Part shown: piece after piece, positions 8,782-29,816 of the stretch
Layout: each line of letters opens with the position of its first letter
Numbering within the stretch: the first letter of the stretch is position 1
Assembly (NCBI GenBank): GCA_009103225.1
Contig: RHPI01003256.1
Span: 70,914-134,913, forward strand
Direction of reading: 5' to 3'
Origin: Chlorokybus atmophyticus
Taxonomy: Eukaryota > Plantae > Mesostigma and Chlorokybus algae
Length of the DNA: 64,000 nt
Program-made: the position numbers and the translations under genes
The notes under the pieces: model-generated
What the model was told of the DNA's origin: nothing
Databases searched by the model: none
The model's input: the letters and a program-made list of their open reading frames with translations, nothing else

Positions 8782-11700
8782 CTATTCTTTTGAGGACTTG
8801 CTGCCCGCAAGCTGCGCTTGTTTGGACGGCGGCGGCAACAATGAGGCAGGTGTCGTGGGCTTGGCAAACTCGATGACGGGCACGGCTGCGGCACTGCCGG
8901 CGCTGAAGAAGCTCAGAGCCATGGACAGGAAGGAGTTTTCTGCTGCAATGCGAGCCGACTCCAGCAGGCGCTCCTCGTAGTTGTCCACAGCGGCTGCGCT
9001 GGCAAATGCCGGGGAAAGCGGCTGAGGAGCAGCCTTGCGCACCTGCTTGCTGGGAGCGGGTACTGGTGTTGGTGCCGGGGCTGGCACGGCTGCTGGCTTC
9101 GGCACGGCTGCTGGTTTCGGCACGTCTGCGCGGACTGCCACCCTCTTCACCTCTTCCTTAGCCGCTTCCTTCATCTGGCCAGCAGCTTGCATAGTACCGT
9201 ATTTGGTAAACTTGGCAGCTTGGAACAGATCTGCTTTCGACACGGGCTGCGGTGCAGGCGCCTTCACCTCCGGCTTTGGCTCATTCGCCTTGATGAACTC
9301 CTGTTCCGCCTCGCGTGCGACCTTGTCGATACTGGCGGAGGTCACAGCGCTGAACTTGGTAAACTTGCCTGCTATCCGCAAGTCATCGGGTGTGCCCCTT
9401 TTCGCCACCACCGCCGGCTGCTGCTGCTGCTGCTTCTCCTCTGGTGCCGGGGGCGCCTTTGCCACCTCGGGTTGCGGCGGCTTTACCTGCTTAGTTTCCA
9501 GTTTGGCCTCGAGCGAAGCCTTCTCGGCGTTGGCGGAAGTCATGGCACCAAACTTGGTAAACTTCCCTGCAAACCGTACGTCTGCAGCTGTGCCTGATCC
9601 CGCCACTGGCTGCTGCTCCTCTACTGCCGGGGGTGCCTTAGCCACCTCGGGTTGCGGCGGCTTCACCTGCTTAGTTTCCAGTTTGGCCTCGAGCGAAGCC
9701 TTCTCGGCATTGGCGGAGGTCATGGCACCAAACTTGGTGAACTTCCCTGCAAACCGTACGTCAGCGGGTGTGGCTGATCCCGCCACTGGCCGCTGCTCCT
9801 CCACTGCCGGAGGGGCCTTAGCCACCTTGGGTGGCGGCGGCTTCACCTGCTGAGTTTCAAGTTCAGATTCAAGCGAAGCCTTGCTGGCGAGGTCCTTGGC
9901 TTCAGACGATCTCTGTGCCACTGCTGGCTGCTGCTTCTCTGCTGTCACTGGCGGTGGAGCCTTTGGCACCTCTGGCTGCGGGGCCTTCACCTTGAGTGTT
10001 TCCAACTCTGACACCTCCTCCTGCTTCGTGCTTGAGGCGCGGGCTTGACCACCTGCTGAAGCCAACGACTTCTCTGCTACAGGCATCACTGGAGCCCTGG
10101 CGACCTCAGGCTGAGGCGCCTTGACCTTGAGGGTTTCCAGCTCTGCAGCCTGGCGCTTGTCTGCTGTGGCAGACACTGGCGTTGGTGCGGGTATTGCCGC
10201 GGGTGTTGCTATTGGCCCTCCAAGTGACCCGGCCTCTTCTACGACCCACTCCGTTGGCGCTCGCGCCTGCTCCACACTCCCAGCTGTTGCAGCAGCCTGG
10301 GCCGCAGCAGCGGCTTCAGCTGCCGCGGCTTCAACTGCTGCCGCCGCATCGGCAATCTCCCTGGCCCTCGCGCGCTCAGCGGCAGCTGCTTGCGCCTGCT
10401 CTGCTGCTTGCTTGGCCTTTGCAAAGAGGTCGCCGCCAAACTTGGCGCCAATGCGGACGCCCTTCGCGGCAACATCAGCCGCCGCGTTGGCAGCAGCGGC
10501 GGCGGCAGCACGCCTTTCTGGCGTGGCCACTTGGTCGATCCGCTCCATCAACCAGCCCGCGGGGACGGCCTTCACCACGGCTTCGGCCTCCGGACCCGTG
10601 AGCACGGTGGGTTTGCTGGCGAACTCCGAAGCGATGCGCTCCGCGTCGGGCATGGTGGACAGCGAGGACACCAGCTCCACAAGGGGAGACGGTGCAGAGT
10701 CACCCTCAGCATCAAAGTTCTCCAGCGATGGCCAGTACTCAGCAGCACTGGGATCCGGTTGAAGTGTGAATATCAGGTCGGACGCCAGCTCCCGATGCGC
10801 CAGCACCTCAACAACCAAACTGGCCAACTGCGCAACGTGTGGACGTGAGCAGCTGCATCCCTGCATGACGTGCTGTGCAATGGCACTTGCAACTCGCTCA
10901 AACCTACCTGTGCAGGATGCGGCTTCTGCGATCCGCGATGTGGCTGCACCTTGAGCTTGTATGTCTCCAAAGAGGGTTCTCCACACACAGCCTGCGGTCC
11001 CATGCACAACCAGGTTAAACAAGGCCACATGTGTGTTTGGCAAGTATGCACACACAGTTAGCACCATACCGTAAATGTCGAACTTGACTTCGTCAACCAC
11101 TGCCTTAACGTCTGCAGCTGCCCACGTCTGCCAATGCGCATACCGCCAAATGGATTCGATGCACTCACCAACACAAAGTGTCCCACGTTGGCCCACGAAG
11201 CTGCCAAACAGATTTAGTCAGCAGTTGTGCAAAGCCACAGCAACTCTGCGCAAACATACAGGCCCCGACCACGCCATGGCCTCAGTGTGTAATCTTTTGA
11301 TACCATGCACATGACTATGCATCAGTGATAACACCGCTTTGAATCAGAATGCTGCAGAGCCAAGAACGTGCCTTTCTCCGCAAGGGCTACAGCCATGCTC
11401 ATGTTCCTCTCGGCATTGTCAATATAAACGACAGCAGACATTTTCCTTGAGAGCGCCATCTCAGTGTCGCCAGGCCAGTCCACCAAGCGCAAACGACTTC
11501 TGGAAATGTACCTGTTGACTGCACCCACCTTTGAAGCCACCTAGTAGCAAACAACAGTTCAGGCGTAACTATGCGACTGTGGTGGCATGATAAGAAAAAC
11601 AGGCGGTTGTTAAGCAAAAGTCAAGCAACTCACCGCAAATGCTTCTTCTGCTGCAGCTCGGTCATTGACAGCTGCAGTGACTCTGATGCCTTGCTCAACT

Positions 11701-13454
11701 AGCATCCTCACAATATGCGGCCCAAGAGGTGCGGCATCGGCATTTGCCACAAACACAGTGAAATTATTGTTCCACAAAGGAGACTTGCGATCAACAGCTT
11801 TGCGAGCAGATGGCGGCTCGTCTGATCCGTCATCCTCCGGATCTTTGCCCATAACAGCCGCAGCGGCCATACGCGGAGAGTTTGCGCTGGAAGTGAGCTC
11901 GACAACCTGCGCCGGTGAATCGGATGTGTCCGGTTCACCCTGACACACACACATGTTGTGCCTGGCACACACTCACTGCCACACACTCGCAAGCCGTCCA
12001 CTTCAAACAGCTTGAGCGACAGTGTCAGCTCATGCACCACACACCTCATAAGGCAACCCGGCTCCTGCAATTAGGCGTTCAGCTCTGCGTGCTGGAGTGT
12101 ATGAACCTGCGCGCTCAAACATAGACCACATCTTCCTGCTTCTGATTACGGACGGCGGCCTGAGCAATGCTGTGGTTCGCTTCACGCCCATCAGCCGAGC
12201 TGCCAAGGCAATATTAGTGATGACACCCAGCGCCATAACCTTGCAAATGCTTGGCAAATATACGCATAGCATGCCACTGAACATCATAACAACTTAACAC
12301 TCACCCCCTGCCAACAGGCGCGAACCCTCTGCATCTCCTATAGACAGACGCGGTGCGAAGGCGCCTGCCAGCTCAGCAACGGGATTGATCGAGTCCTGCA
12401 CATACAGGAAGTTGCTCACGCCGCCAAACAGTGTTTTGAAATCACTGTCTAAAGGGACCACCGAGAGCGAACGCAGCAGCGAAGGGGACACCAGAGAGTA
12501 GGATTGCAGTACCTACGTTCACTTACTGTGAATGATGACTAGCAATAGCCTACAATCAGCCATGCCTTGACCTATACTACTTAGTGAAACACTACTACTG
12601 CACGAGGTGTTGTGAACAGGATGGAGCACCATGAAGGGCACCAATGAAACACTCTTATGCAGTGGCTGTATGCGATGACGGACACCATGAAAACATGCAT
12701 ATGCTGACGGTGCTGAGGCAGCATGCGCACGATACAGTAGTAGAGTCCACACCTTTAGCCATTGGCGTGCCAGGTTGTAATCACGAACGCCAGCACGAAC
12801 GCGCAACCCCGATAGCAGAAGCTCACTGCAGTTACAGGTTGTAGCTTACCACAGAGTCAACAGAAACCCTACAACAGCAGGAAACCCTAAGCGCATGATG
12901 GGAACCCTAACCCTAAATGCACACAAAGGTGCTTGCAGAAATGCTAAGCCATGCTGCATGGAAGGGGAAGCAGTGACACAGGCAATGCAGGAGGCGTGAC
13001 CATGCACAATGCACACAAGCTTGAGAGCAAACATGAGCGGTCGTACCTGATGGCGGCGACGCCCTCCTTGGAATCCGCCGGAGCCACAAGCACATGGCGG
13101 GAGTCCCTGGGCAGCCAAAGCCTGGCTGTGATGGCCCTGGCAGACCCAGAGGTGGAAGGACGCTCTGTCTCCCATCCTGAGACAGCACAAGCTCAGACCT
13201 CTCCACCGAATCATGAAAACCGTCGGAGCATCCATGCCCACAGCCACAGCCACATAACTACAAGCACAAGCACAACAATACCCACCTTGCCGGCGAGAGC
13301 CAGCGTAACCGCTGTGAAAGAGCTGAGCGCGAGGCGCCAACGTGGACGACGACGCTGACGACGAGGAGGAGGAGGAGGAGGAGCGCGTCCCCCGGCACAC
13401 CCCGCACGGCGCCAACGACGCCGCCGCCTCCATCCCCGCCGCCGCCGCCGCCAT
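8782..13454 (-). CDS. Plastid PTAC16/TIC62-like protein: two degenerate NAD(P)-binding Rossmann (atypical SDR) domains and a long Ala/Pro/Lys repeat tail
   Basis: Transit peptide MAAAAAGMEAAASL...SSSS. Domain 1: HVLVAPADSKEGVAAI.ELLLSGLRVRAGVRD and GVITNIALAARLMGVKR. Domain 2: TVFVANADAAPLGPHIVRMLVEQGIRVTAAVND and HVAQLASLVVEVLAHRELASDLIFTLQPDPSA (compare recalled PTAC16 KIASLVADIFAN...DPSA). The long terminal ORF is 8782-11196. Confidence 0.7.
9430..9880 (-). repeat. 180-bp (60-aa) coding tandem repeats
   Basis: GCCACCT(C/T)GG.T.GCGGCGGCTT.ACCTGC occurs at 9461, 9641 and 9821. Unit ~ADVRFAGKFTKFGAMTSANAEKASLEAKLETKQVKPPQPEVAKAPPA. Confidence 0.9.
12864..12917. promoter_or_regulatory. Cluster of telo-box-like motifs (AAACCCTA) in an early intron of the PTAC16-like gene
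   Basis: AAACCCTA at 12864, AAACCCTAA at 12882, AACCCTAACCCTAAA at 12903. Confidence 0.4.
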
Positions 13455-15782
13455 GTCAGCAGCTTGTGGATGAGATCAACATACGGCCATTTTTTCAGAT
13501 GGCTCAATGCATTGCACGGAAGTTACAGCCCAGCACAAACACATGCAAGAAAACAAATGTGAAATACAAAATGCAGCAAAACGTGGAATATCTGGTCTCT
13601 GATTGGCCCCTGCGCTTCAGCCCTTCCAGCACCGGTCTGCCGGTCTTTTGAGGTTTCAAGGCCGAACTATGCTTCCTACACTGGTTCTGCGGCATGGCAC
13701 ACGTCGGACAGCCATGGTTGCGTTTCGGTCGTGACACGGTTGGCATTTATCGGGTTTGCTCGCTGTACGGTGTGCTGTGCAGTTTATTCCATCCCAAGCG
13801 CCGCTCCGTTATAGCCATACTGTCCGCTAGCTCGGCATGTATCACAGGCACATAAGTTGTTGCCAACAACTGCAGCCCAACATACAGTGTCTACGAACAG
13901 TCCCAAGCTTCAAAGACTTTAGTGCACAAGCGTCCTACGTGTTATTTAACCAATCAAACGGTTATGCTTTATGTGGCTACTCATCAACCACATGCATGGT
14001 GTTGGAAACAAACATTACGTCGTATATATTTATAATATTTTGTCAACAGCTACATGTTGGAGCATAGGCATCATGCATGCTTGCACATGCGCGTGGGGTG
14101 TGAGTACACAATGGTTGTTTGCTTATCAATGTATGTTGCTGGTAGCATATTAATAAGATAACCCATTTATTACATGTAACATATATACATTGTCATGTAA
14201 TGCAACATGTATACATTGTCGTGTCATGTATACCGTATTACTATCATTATTATCATATACATGATTGGTGTATGCACACGTGTGCGCTTGCCCACCCACC
14301 TACGCACATATGCGCACATGCGCACGCACACGTGATTAAGAATGTGATTCATTGCCGTATCATATGTCAATACATTTCAATTATGCATGTATATGTACCA
14401 TGATAATATCATGGTACATGTGCATTTAATCGTAAGAGTTAACAGTGTTATGTTGCATAATAAACATCCACACTACGTGCTAGCTTCGCGTGCCGCACGC
14501 CACGGCGTAGAAGGACTATGTCAACATACGCTGCGCAAGCCAGCGCAATGTTTTGTATTAAGTATATTTATTACATTTAATGTATATACATTATATATCT
14601 TCAACTTAAATTAAGTTGTAACATATATGAGATGGGGCATATATGAGACATGTGGTTCCTCTTATGGTCGGGACTTTTGCTGTCATAGTCCAATAGATTT
14701 ATGGCGCCGTAATATAGCTACTTTGCTTCTAGTGGAAGCCTTCCACACTTGCGAGCGCACGATACTTATACCAATGTAGGTAGCAATGGATACTTATACA
14801 TATATTTGCATGATGTGTTTATCTTTAACATAGCTTGTGTCGGCCATAGCGCTAGCTAAGTCATTCTCCATCAAATAAAAAAAAACAAAACCAGAAAGAT
14901 CAAGCTTTCGTTGCCACCTGAGTGAGGATTCGCTTTACACAAGCAGTGCTTGTTGGGTGTGCCCACGCGGTCTACTCATAAGGCCTTAAGTATAATGATT
15001 CTCTTAAGGCATGAGTGGCACGCACAACGGTATACCCTGGGCTACGTAGCCCACTTCTGTCTCATTAGCTATAAGTCATAGCCAATGAGATGTACATAAA
15101 CGTCTGCGTGCATATATACGCGCATATGTACATGTGTGCGCACATGATTGCTTATGCGTGCATATGAGATATGCACTATTGATATAAACAATATTTATGA
15201 CTTTGTTCATCCACCCAAGATTTATTGCGTATGTTGCGACAACAAAGACAAATGCAACTTTTTATAGTATGCGGATATGTGTATGATATGCTTTTTTGCA
15301 GAAAGCATTCGAGCAACAAATAATAACGTCATGTCGCCATTTGTGTGCGCTATGATATATTTAATAATATAACAACTTGAATTTATTTATCATCGACACA
15401 AGCACTTTACAAACATCCTATTGTTGTTTGTGAACTCATTTTTTTAGAAACAAATGAGTGTTCACAAATGATTGGCTCGAATAACCACATAACAAGATCA
15501 GTATTTTTAAACCCGTTACATGAGCTTTAAATAGATTTAAAAAATTGTGAGGTGATACAAATATAATAATACCTGTTATACAACTTCGTAATGACTATAA
15601 AGCGGTTCGCAAAATGCATAGACTTTACGTAATGATAAATTGACAAACAGTAGATGGGTTACATGCCTTGTAATATGCACATGTAACGGGTGACATCGCT
15701 TGTAAAAACGTTTCCGTTATAGAAGTTGAAAACCAACACGCAGCCGTGCAGTTCATTCCCATATCCAAAGTGGTTGATCAAA

Positions 15783-16222
15783 AAGAATAATAATGTGCTT
15801 GAATGTTAACGTTCTCAAAATGTTATCATTTGACTTGTCAGCTCCATTCATGTAAGATTATGTAAGTATATCCACCTCGATCCGAGTTGTTATATACAAG
15901 ACTTTCTACTGGCGGATGATAATTTTGTATAGGGTGTCAATCTTGACAAGTTGTCAGAAGATTTGCCTCACAGCCATGAAGCGGAGTGGAAGATGTGGAG
16001 AAGACGATAAAAAGAATAATAATGTGCTTGGATGTTAACGTTCTCATAATGTTATCGTATGGCTTGTCAGCTCCATTCATGTAAGATTATGTAAGTATAT
16101 CCACCTCGATCCGAGTTGCTACATACAAGACTTTTAACTGGCGGATGATAAACTTGTATAGGGTGTCAATCTTGACAAGTTGTCAGAAGCTCTGCCTCAG
16201 AGCCATGAAGCGGAGTGGAAGC
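15783..16222. repeat. ~230-bp-period tandem duplication in AT-rich intergenic DNA
   Basis: AAGAATAATAATGTGCTT...CCATGAAGCGGAGTGGAAG is present at ~15783-15992 and ~16013-16222 with scattered substitutions. Confidence 0.85.
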
Positions 16223-16523
16223 GGTGGAAGGGACGATGCAAGCGGTGCAAGGGACGTCCATTGCAGCACAGCAGTGACGGCTCGTGAGACAACAGCCTAC
16301 CCGGTAGGCTACCCAATGCGATTACCAAGGCTCATCATGACGAACCTTAATAAACTGAATACAATACCAAAACCCCATTCGTGACGAAACATGCTGTCAG
16401 CGATCGCCGGGTAGCGCACGTGCATGCGCCTGTCGTCCTCAATTTGACGACGGACCAGGCAGCCTCCTGGGCCGCGAGCGTTCACAACGCGCCGATGATG
16501 TAGTCAATGCCGGCGCGCCGTCA

Positions 16524-24480
<7,957 letters not shown>

Positions 24481-25441
24481 TGCCAAGGGTGAGTGAGGGT
24501 TTCAGATGCTCGCATGATTAGCATTAGTGGCTGCGTAGACAGAGGCGTAGTGGGAGTGTACAGAACAGTTAGTTGAGGGTTGATAAGTTTCCTTCGAGTT
24601 TGAAGACCATAGAAACGATTAGGGGTGGGCAGTTCTTGTGTTAGGTAAGTTATCACATAGCATTCACATTCAGTTGTATGGTGAAAGTTGCAATGCAAGC
24701 CCGGGTCAAGAGATAGTGGAATTTGTGATTTTGCATGTTGTCGCACCTGCAGATTAACAAGGATGCAACGCATTCACTGAATGCGGTCCCATTCAGAGTC
24801 TATTAGAGTAAAGTGTGGTGATATTCTCTGGTAAGCGGTGCCACATTCCTTACAAAGTCTTGTAAGCCTGCCGTATTGCATCAACCTTGCCGATGTAGAC
24901 CCTCTGATGCCTGACATAAACCTCTCTTGTACTACATGGGCAAGCATGACGCCAACTGTGTCTGCGCGCATTGCTGTCTGCGACAACCCACCCCACACCT
25001 AACCTAACCAACACAGTACATGACATCATGTTATGTAGCTAGCCATCTGCGTGTACACAGACATACAGCTACCCTAGGGCTGCGTCCACTTGCGTGGTCG
25101 GGGGCCCATGAACCACTGGTGCCCATCATAGAAAGCGATTTACTAGTGAACAACAACTGCGAACAAGTACCTGATCCGGTCTACAACAGTTGCACAGTAA
25201 AAAACATTTGAACTTAGCAAGGCCATGGCTGAATTGATGTTGCACTGCACCTTGATGCGGGCAAAGCTGTGCCAAACAACATTGGACTTGCAACAGAGAC
25301 AATAATGTGTCTAATGCGCTACAACATCCTTTACAAAATCACTTTGCGATATGCATTACCTAGTCGTTTGAGTGCTACAACTATGTAAACAACTGAATAC
25401 GGCATCACCAACCCCGATCTACTCACTACCGCATGCAATGC

Positions 25442-28400
25442 TCATCGCAAATCCGAGAGCGCCTCCTGTGTCGCCATAGCTATGACCTTATCTGATGCGT
25501 TGGGCAGATAGTAATACCGGCCTGCAATGCATTCCAGCAGGTAAGCAACCACGTATACAAATTGTTTATGCAACCAGTGCACCAAGCCATCAACTTACCG
25601 CCAGCTACGCGCGCAATCTCCTTGGCAAAGCCAGTGGAGATGAACTTGTTCTCAGTATCAATCACAAGCAAATCCATGCCAGCCGCGCGAAGCTTGGCCG
25701 ACACGTCAAGAATCTCCGTCTTCAAATCCTCAGGCTTTGCCCTGCACGCACATCAAGTCGTGTGTTAGCTCGCCATGCCCGTGTTGTTTGCAATTAACCA
25801 AAGCATGCTACGCTATCTATGGCATACTTGGGAGCGTCAGGCGCGATGGCATCAGGCTCTCCCAACGACTTGGCCAAGCTGACGTTAGCGCGACCATCCG
25901 TGATAGCCACGATCATAACACGACCACAATCACCCGTCTTCTGCGCATTGAGACCCACCCTAACCTGTAGGACGCAACACATGTGGAATGAGGAATTGGC
26001 TAACTAAGCGAGCCAGGCAAATTTTGTGAAAGGAGATTGGATGCAATGCATACTGCTGTGGTCAGGCCGTGGGCTAAGGGAGACCCTCCACCGCACGGTA
26101 ACCTATCCAGCCGCTTGCGAGCCATGCTGATTGAGCGAGAGGGAGGCAGCAACACCTCTGCTGAGTCACCCCTGAATGGGATGATGGAGACCTGAAACAT
26201 CAACAGGTTTTGTTGTCCAAGTCTTGCGTATGCAATTGAGTGCAAGTGTTCCGACTGAGTAGCGCAGTACCTGGTCACGGTTTGTATAAGACTGATTCAG
26301 CAGCGAAAGCGCCGCACCCTTGGCATTGTTCATGCGGTTGAGAGCCATTGACCCTGACGCATCCACAACGAAAATAACTAGAGCTCCTGCCTTGCGCGCT
26401 AACCTCTTAGACCTTATGTCAACCTGTAGAGTACAAGCTCAGTCGCATTCCCAGCAAGGACATCTCAGACTCATGCTGGAACTGCAATCAAGGGAGTTGC
26501 ATTGCTGACCTGCTCTACAAAAACTTTCTTGTTGCGAATGCCTGCTGCTTGCGCTTGTTGCCTCCTGCGAATCTGCAGACAAACAATGTGAGCAATATAT
26601 ACCGATGTCGCCTTCGACCAAAGCATACATACACATAAGGACATCAGTTAACACAAGTGCAGTTACCACCTTTCACTGAAAAGTCGTTTTGACTGAGTTG
26701 TGCATGCATGGGCGGTAAAATAGCTGTCACACAGTATGTGTTCCAAGCAACTGCATTTACCTGGTGAGGAGCAGCCGCGCGCAGCGTAGCGTCCACAGCG
26801 ATGCGCATGACCTTGCCCTTGGGGATCATGGGCTTAATGTATCGGCCCCTGTCCTCGCTGAAGATCATGTTCTTTGCGCGACCCGTCTTGGATTTCCTCC
26901 TCATTGACTGAACGCGCAAGCATCGTGCTAAGCGCACTCGCCTCACCTGACACTGCACTCCCTGCAATGCGACTCACCTGTTGGGCAAAGTACAGCATCT
27001 TAGGGTCCACCACACCACCCTCGGCATCAAAGACAAACTCCTCTGGGATCTGATCTGGCTGCTGCTCATCCTTTTCTTCCTCATCTTGCTCTTCTTCCTG
27101 CAACGCATCCAAAAATTCAATGAGCAAAGTTGCACGCATGCAATGCAACACTTGATACCAAACTGCAGTTAAACTAACCTCTTTCTGCTCCTGGTCTTCT
27201 TGCTCTTCCTGGCTGGACTGCGGTGGCGGCGGCGGGGGCGGGGGAGGTGGAGGTGGTTGGCCTTCGGGGGTATCGACTGTTGTTGACCGCGGGATGATCA
27301 CCAGCTCAACTGCCTTGCGCAAGTCATCCGGCGACACGTTCTGCGCAACATGATTGATGGTGTCGGTCTCAGCATGCTTGCTGCACGCATGCAATGTGGC
27401 AGATTGCACCAACAATAGTTGTACCTGTCGGCCTTCAAGAGCAGCCAATGCGCACGCAACTCGCACAGCAAACAGCTCTGCACGGTGACCCTGCCAGCCA
27501 GTGAAGACAACAACAACACGTCAGTTGAAACACAATTACTACCAAGAAGCAAGCAGCTGCAAAAAGCCTGCAGGTTACAAACCTGAACGCCCGCGCGCAG
27601 ACTCTCCATAACAAGATACTTTATTTGATCTTTGCCAATCTCCACATCTTTCAAGTACTCCCTCGCAAGGATGATTTGAGTCTTTGCAGCATCTGTGGCC
27701 TCCGCAAATGTGTCGAGTGCTTCCTGATAGTTGTCGACAAAATTGCGGCACATATCCACAACAGCCACGCGATCATCGAGGGTCAGGGGCATATCTGCTG
27801 AAAGCGTCATTGCAATGCGATCCAATAGATGCTCCCTCAATGGCCCCTGCAAAGTGATGCATGCAAGTGGTCAATGCCTGAAATGTGATTACTCCATTTT
27901 GGTATGCAGGTAGACTGAGCTGCAGTAATTACTTTTGTGTACCTCCTCTGGGTTGAATGTGGCAATGAGCAGGGGTCTACACGGGTGTCGAATTGAAAGA
28001 CCCTCGCGCTCGATAATGTTGACACCCTCGGCTAGGACATTCAACAACACATTGGAGATGGAGTCGTCCAACAGATTGATCTGTCAAACATGCGTGGTAT
28101 TTGAGTGTGCATCTATGCAGCGCTGTACCACTGTACTGGCGCGCCCACTCACAAAGTTGAGATGTGCAATCAGATTGCGTACACTGGTAAGGTTTGTCTG
28201 TCACGCACCTCATCCACATAAAGCACACCACGATGCGCTGCAGCCAGCAGACCAGGCTGAAACACAGTTTGGCCTGTCTTGATGCTCTCCTCTACATCCA
28301 CAGAACCCAGCAGTCTGTCCTCCGTGACACCCAGTGGAATCTGTGCAGTCACAAACATCATTACACATGGACAACATGCATACAAGCCTGCGCTATAACC

Positions 28401-29816
28401 AAGTAATCAATGGTGGCATACTGTGATAAAGGGTGTGTCAATGATCTTTGTGATCGGCCTGCCGTCTTCATCACGCTTCACCATGTCTGCAAGGCCAGTC
28501 TCCCACTCCTGAGGGTTGTCCGGATCGGAGTTGGCAATGGAGCCGTCCACCACCTCAATTGGGGGCATGAGAGCGTGCAACCCGCGAGACATGACAGACT
28601 TTGCGGTACCCCTCCTGCCAGCTATAGCTACGCCACCCACGCCAACATCCACCGCACCCAGCAACAACGATGTCTTGACCGCATCCTGGATAGGCATGAG
28701 AAGAAACCAATCAAGGCAGGAAAAAGGCTTTGTGCAAGCGGTGATTGTGTCAATGCGAATGCAATGCTGTTGCAGTGTCCATGTGACTGATGATTGCATG
28801 ATTGCATATGGGAATGATGTTCTGCATAGGCTTTACTGCAGCTGAAGTGCAATACTTGTCACAATATTGACACCATGCACAATGCATTGTCGACATTTGT
28901 TGCAATGGTCACTATAAGTGATCTGGCTCATCTACCGTACATTTTCTGTCTCCTACAACGGAACTGCTATTCATAGTGTTTTGTCACCACCATAAAGATG
29001 GACCATTGTGTAGCATTGTCTGATATGCAAGAATGCAGCATTGCGCTTGAGCACGCGCAATGCTGCATTCGAAGTGTTATCAACAAGTGCACATGCTGGT
29101 GAAGATGGATCCTTTGTACCAAATGTCTGGTATGCAAGAATGCAGCGTTGCACTTGGGCACAAGGCATGCATGATTGAATGCATGTGAAGTGTTATCAAC
29201 ATGTGCACATGGTGGTTTGTTGATAACGCATGTAACACGGCGTGCAGAAGCTCAGCTCTCACCTGTGCCACAACCGCAGCGAGGGGCATTGTGCCTCGCG
29301 GGCCGACACGAACCTCGGCCTTGCCGAAGCGCAGTGCTGCAGCAGAGCTGCCATCTTGGCTCGAGGAAGCAGCAGCAGCCTGCATTGTTACACACAATGC
29401 ATTAAGTTAGTAGCTTAATGTACAAACCCTAATTGCAAACTTGTAGCTGAATCTACACAGCATTGCTTACATTCTTGCTGCTTGATGCGGATGAGTCCTC
29501 CCGGCTCACAGCGGGCGCTTCCGCTATGCATTGCGTCACGCCTGGACAACACAAAGAGCACGCAAAGGCTATCATGCAGCCAGCACATGGCTGGAGACGG
29601 CGACATGCGCACCATCCACGCTGAGCCACATGCTGTACCTGAAGGCGGCAGCCGGACTGTCGCCGGCTGTGCGGCACACCTCAGCCCAGCTCCAGCGAAC
29701 GACCCCTTCAACCTCCTGGAAGAGGACACTCTATGAGACTGCGGCTGTGACGATGATGACGACGACGACAGCGCAGCCGCGGCCACGCCGCCCGACACCA
29801 CCACCGCCGCCGCCAT
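25442..29816 (-). CDS. CHLD: Magnesium chelatase subunit D, chloroplastic
   Basis: Transit peptide from ATG 29816. Segments [21 protein letters not shown]...[44 protein letters not shown]...[10 protein letters not shown], poly-Pro/acidic linker, [16 protein letters not shown], vWA MIDAS motif ([14 protein letters not shown]), [33 protein letters not shown]...SDLR*. Confidence 0.97.

Noticed and set aside
9035-10762. Long plus-strand ORFs 9035-9853 and 10121-10762
   Set aside because: Antisense shadows of the GC-rich repeat-coding exon.
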